This document shows, piece after piece, positions 62,757-64,000 of a stretch of 64,000 nucleotides of DNA. Both the position numbers and the translations under genes were made by a program. Below the pieces are notes generated by a model that was given only the letters and a program-made list of their open reading frames with translations, searched no databases and was not told where the DNA came from. The DNA is taken from positions 70,494,001 to 70,558,000 of the forward strand of contig OX597825.1 of the NCBI GenBank assembly GCA_951406725.2. Direction: 5' to 3'. Origin of the DNA: Octopus vulgaris. Taxonomy: Eukaryota. Each line of letters starts with the position of its first letter. The stretch's first letter is position 1.

Positions 62757-64000
62757 CTGCCAAATTTTAGAAAGAGAAGAATACTTTTTGGTTTTTAATA
62801 TGAAGAAGAACAAACAAACAAAAAAAAGGGGTAAATAGAGTGAGAACATTCAGTGGTTTAGAAGAAACACCAGCTCATTCCTTTCACACCAGAAATGAAG
62901 GAAAAATAACAAAAGCAATGGAACAAGAGAGAGGGAGAGGGAGAGAAAGGGAGAGGTACAAAAGGAGAGCTTTTATACATTCACTCAAGCTGCTAGAAAT
63001 AGTGACCAAATCTCCACCAAATCCCACCCATCAAATTCCCATTATTGCCATAAAAAAAAATTAAAAAATAAAAGCAAACCCAGATGCAATTAACAATCAT
63101 CATCATCACCACCATCATTATTTAATATCCATTTTTCATGCTTGTATGGGTTGGATGGTTCAACTGGACCTGGCTAGCCAGAGGACTGCACCAAGCTCCA
63201 ATGTCCGCTTTGGCATAGTTTTTACAGCTGGATGCCCTTCCTAATGCCAACAGCTTCAGAGAATTTACTGAGTGCTTTGTACATGGCAATGGGCACTAGT
63301 GCAGTCGCAAAGTAGCTCACAAGACAAGGCCCCACAACCCCAACAACTGAGGTGCATGTATAGTACTGAGGGAGGTGGCTTTAAGCTAAATATGATAGGG
63401 GCATAGAAACAGATGACTTGCTGTGTGAGAGATATTTAGTTACCCCAGTTGAAGGAGGGAGACGTTGGTGGTAAAAATGTGTCAGGGCATACCCTCAAGT
63501 TACAGAACTGGGCAGTCAGATGGCGAGCTGGTAGAAACGTTTGCACACCGGGCGAAATGCTTAGCGATATTTCGTCTGCCGTTACATTCTGAGTTCAAAT
63601 TCCGCCGAGGTCGACTTTGCTTTTCATCCTTTCAGGGTCGATAAATTAAGTACCAGTTACACACTGGGGTCGATGTAATTGACTTAATCCCTTTGTCTGT
63701 CCTTGTTTGTCTCCTCTACGTTTAGCCCCTTGTGGGCAATAAAGAAATAAGAATTGGGCAGTCATGGTTGAAATGGATTTGATCACTGGATTTGATCATG
63801 CTTGGTCAAGGCTGACTTGGGCAATTTCATGTTGCTCCGGTCCACTCATCTGGCAAAGACGCATAAACCTACAATGGACTGGTGTCCCATCCAGAAGGGA
63901 ATATATAACCACAAAAACCTGGAAGAGTTTGTATGACTTGGAAAGGAGATTTATTCCCTTTTTTTAAAATCCTATTTTGATAACAGCTGGTTATGATTTG

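Overview
AT-rich, microsatellite- and SINE-dense eukaryotic DNA whose repeat families and gene architecture look like an octopus (coleoid cephalopod) genome; the taxon is inferred. The whole window lies inside one minus-strand gene, an unconventional class IX myosin (MYO9). I reconstructed 12 confident tail exons with GT/AG boundaries and consistent phases, covering the pre-C1 tail, the C1 zinc finger, the RhoGAP domain and the following coiled coil. There is one more probable exon and three frame-preserving candidate cassette/micro-exons (69, 84 and 27 nt). Almost all ORFs in the supplied track are microsatellite or repeat artefacts. The introns hold tRNA-type SINEs, piggyBac- and Tc1/pogo-type MITEs, CR1 and R4/Dong-like LINE fragments and several minisatellites. 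The most striking unannotated signal is a set of about 10 type I hammerhead-ribozyme motifs, carried by short fold-back or TA-flanked elements that look Penelope-like/retrozyme-derived. Across different families the core tertiary pair at positions 3 and 8 occurs as C-G, G-C and U-A, which suggests selection for catalysis. All RNA structures were derived by eye and no activity is demonstrated.
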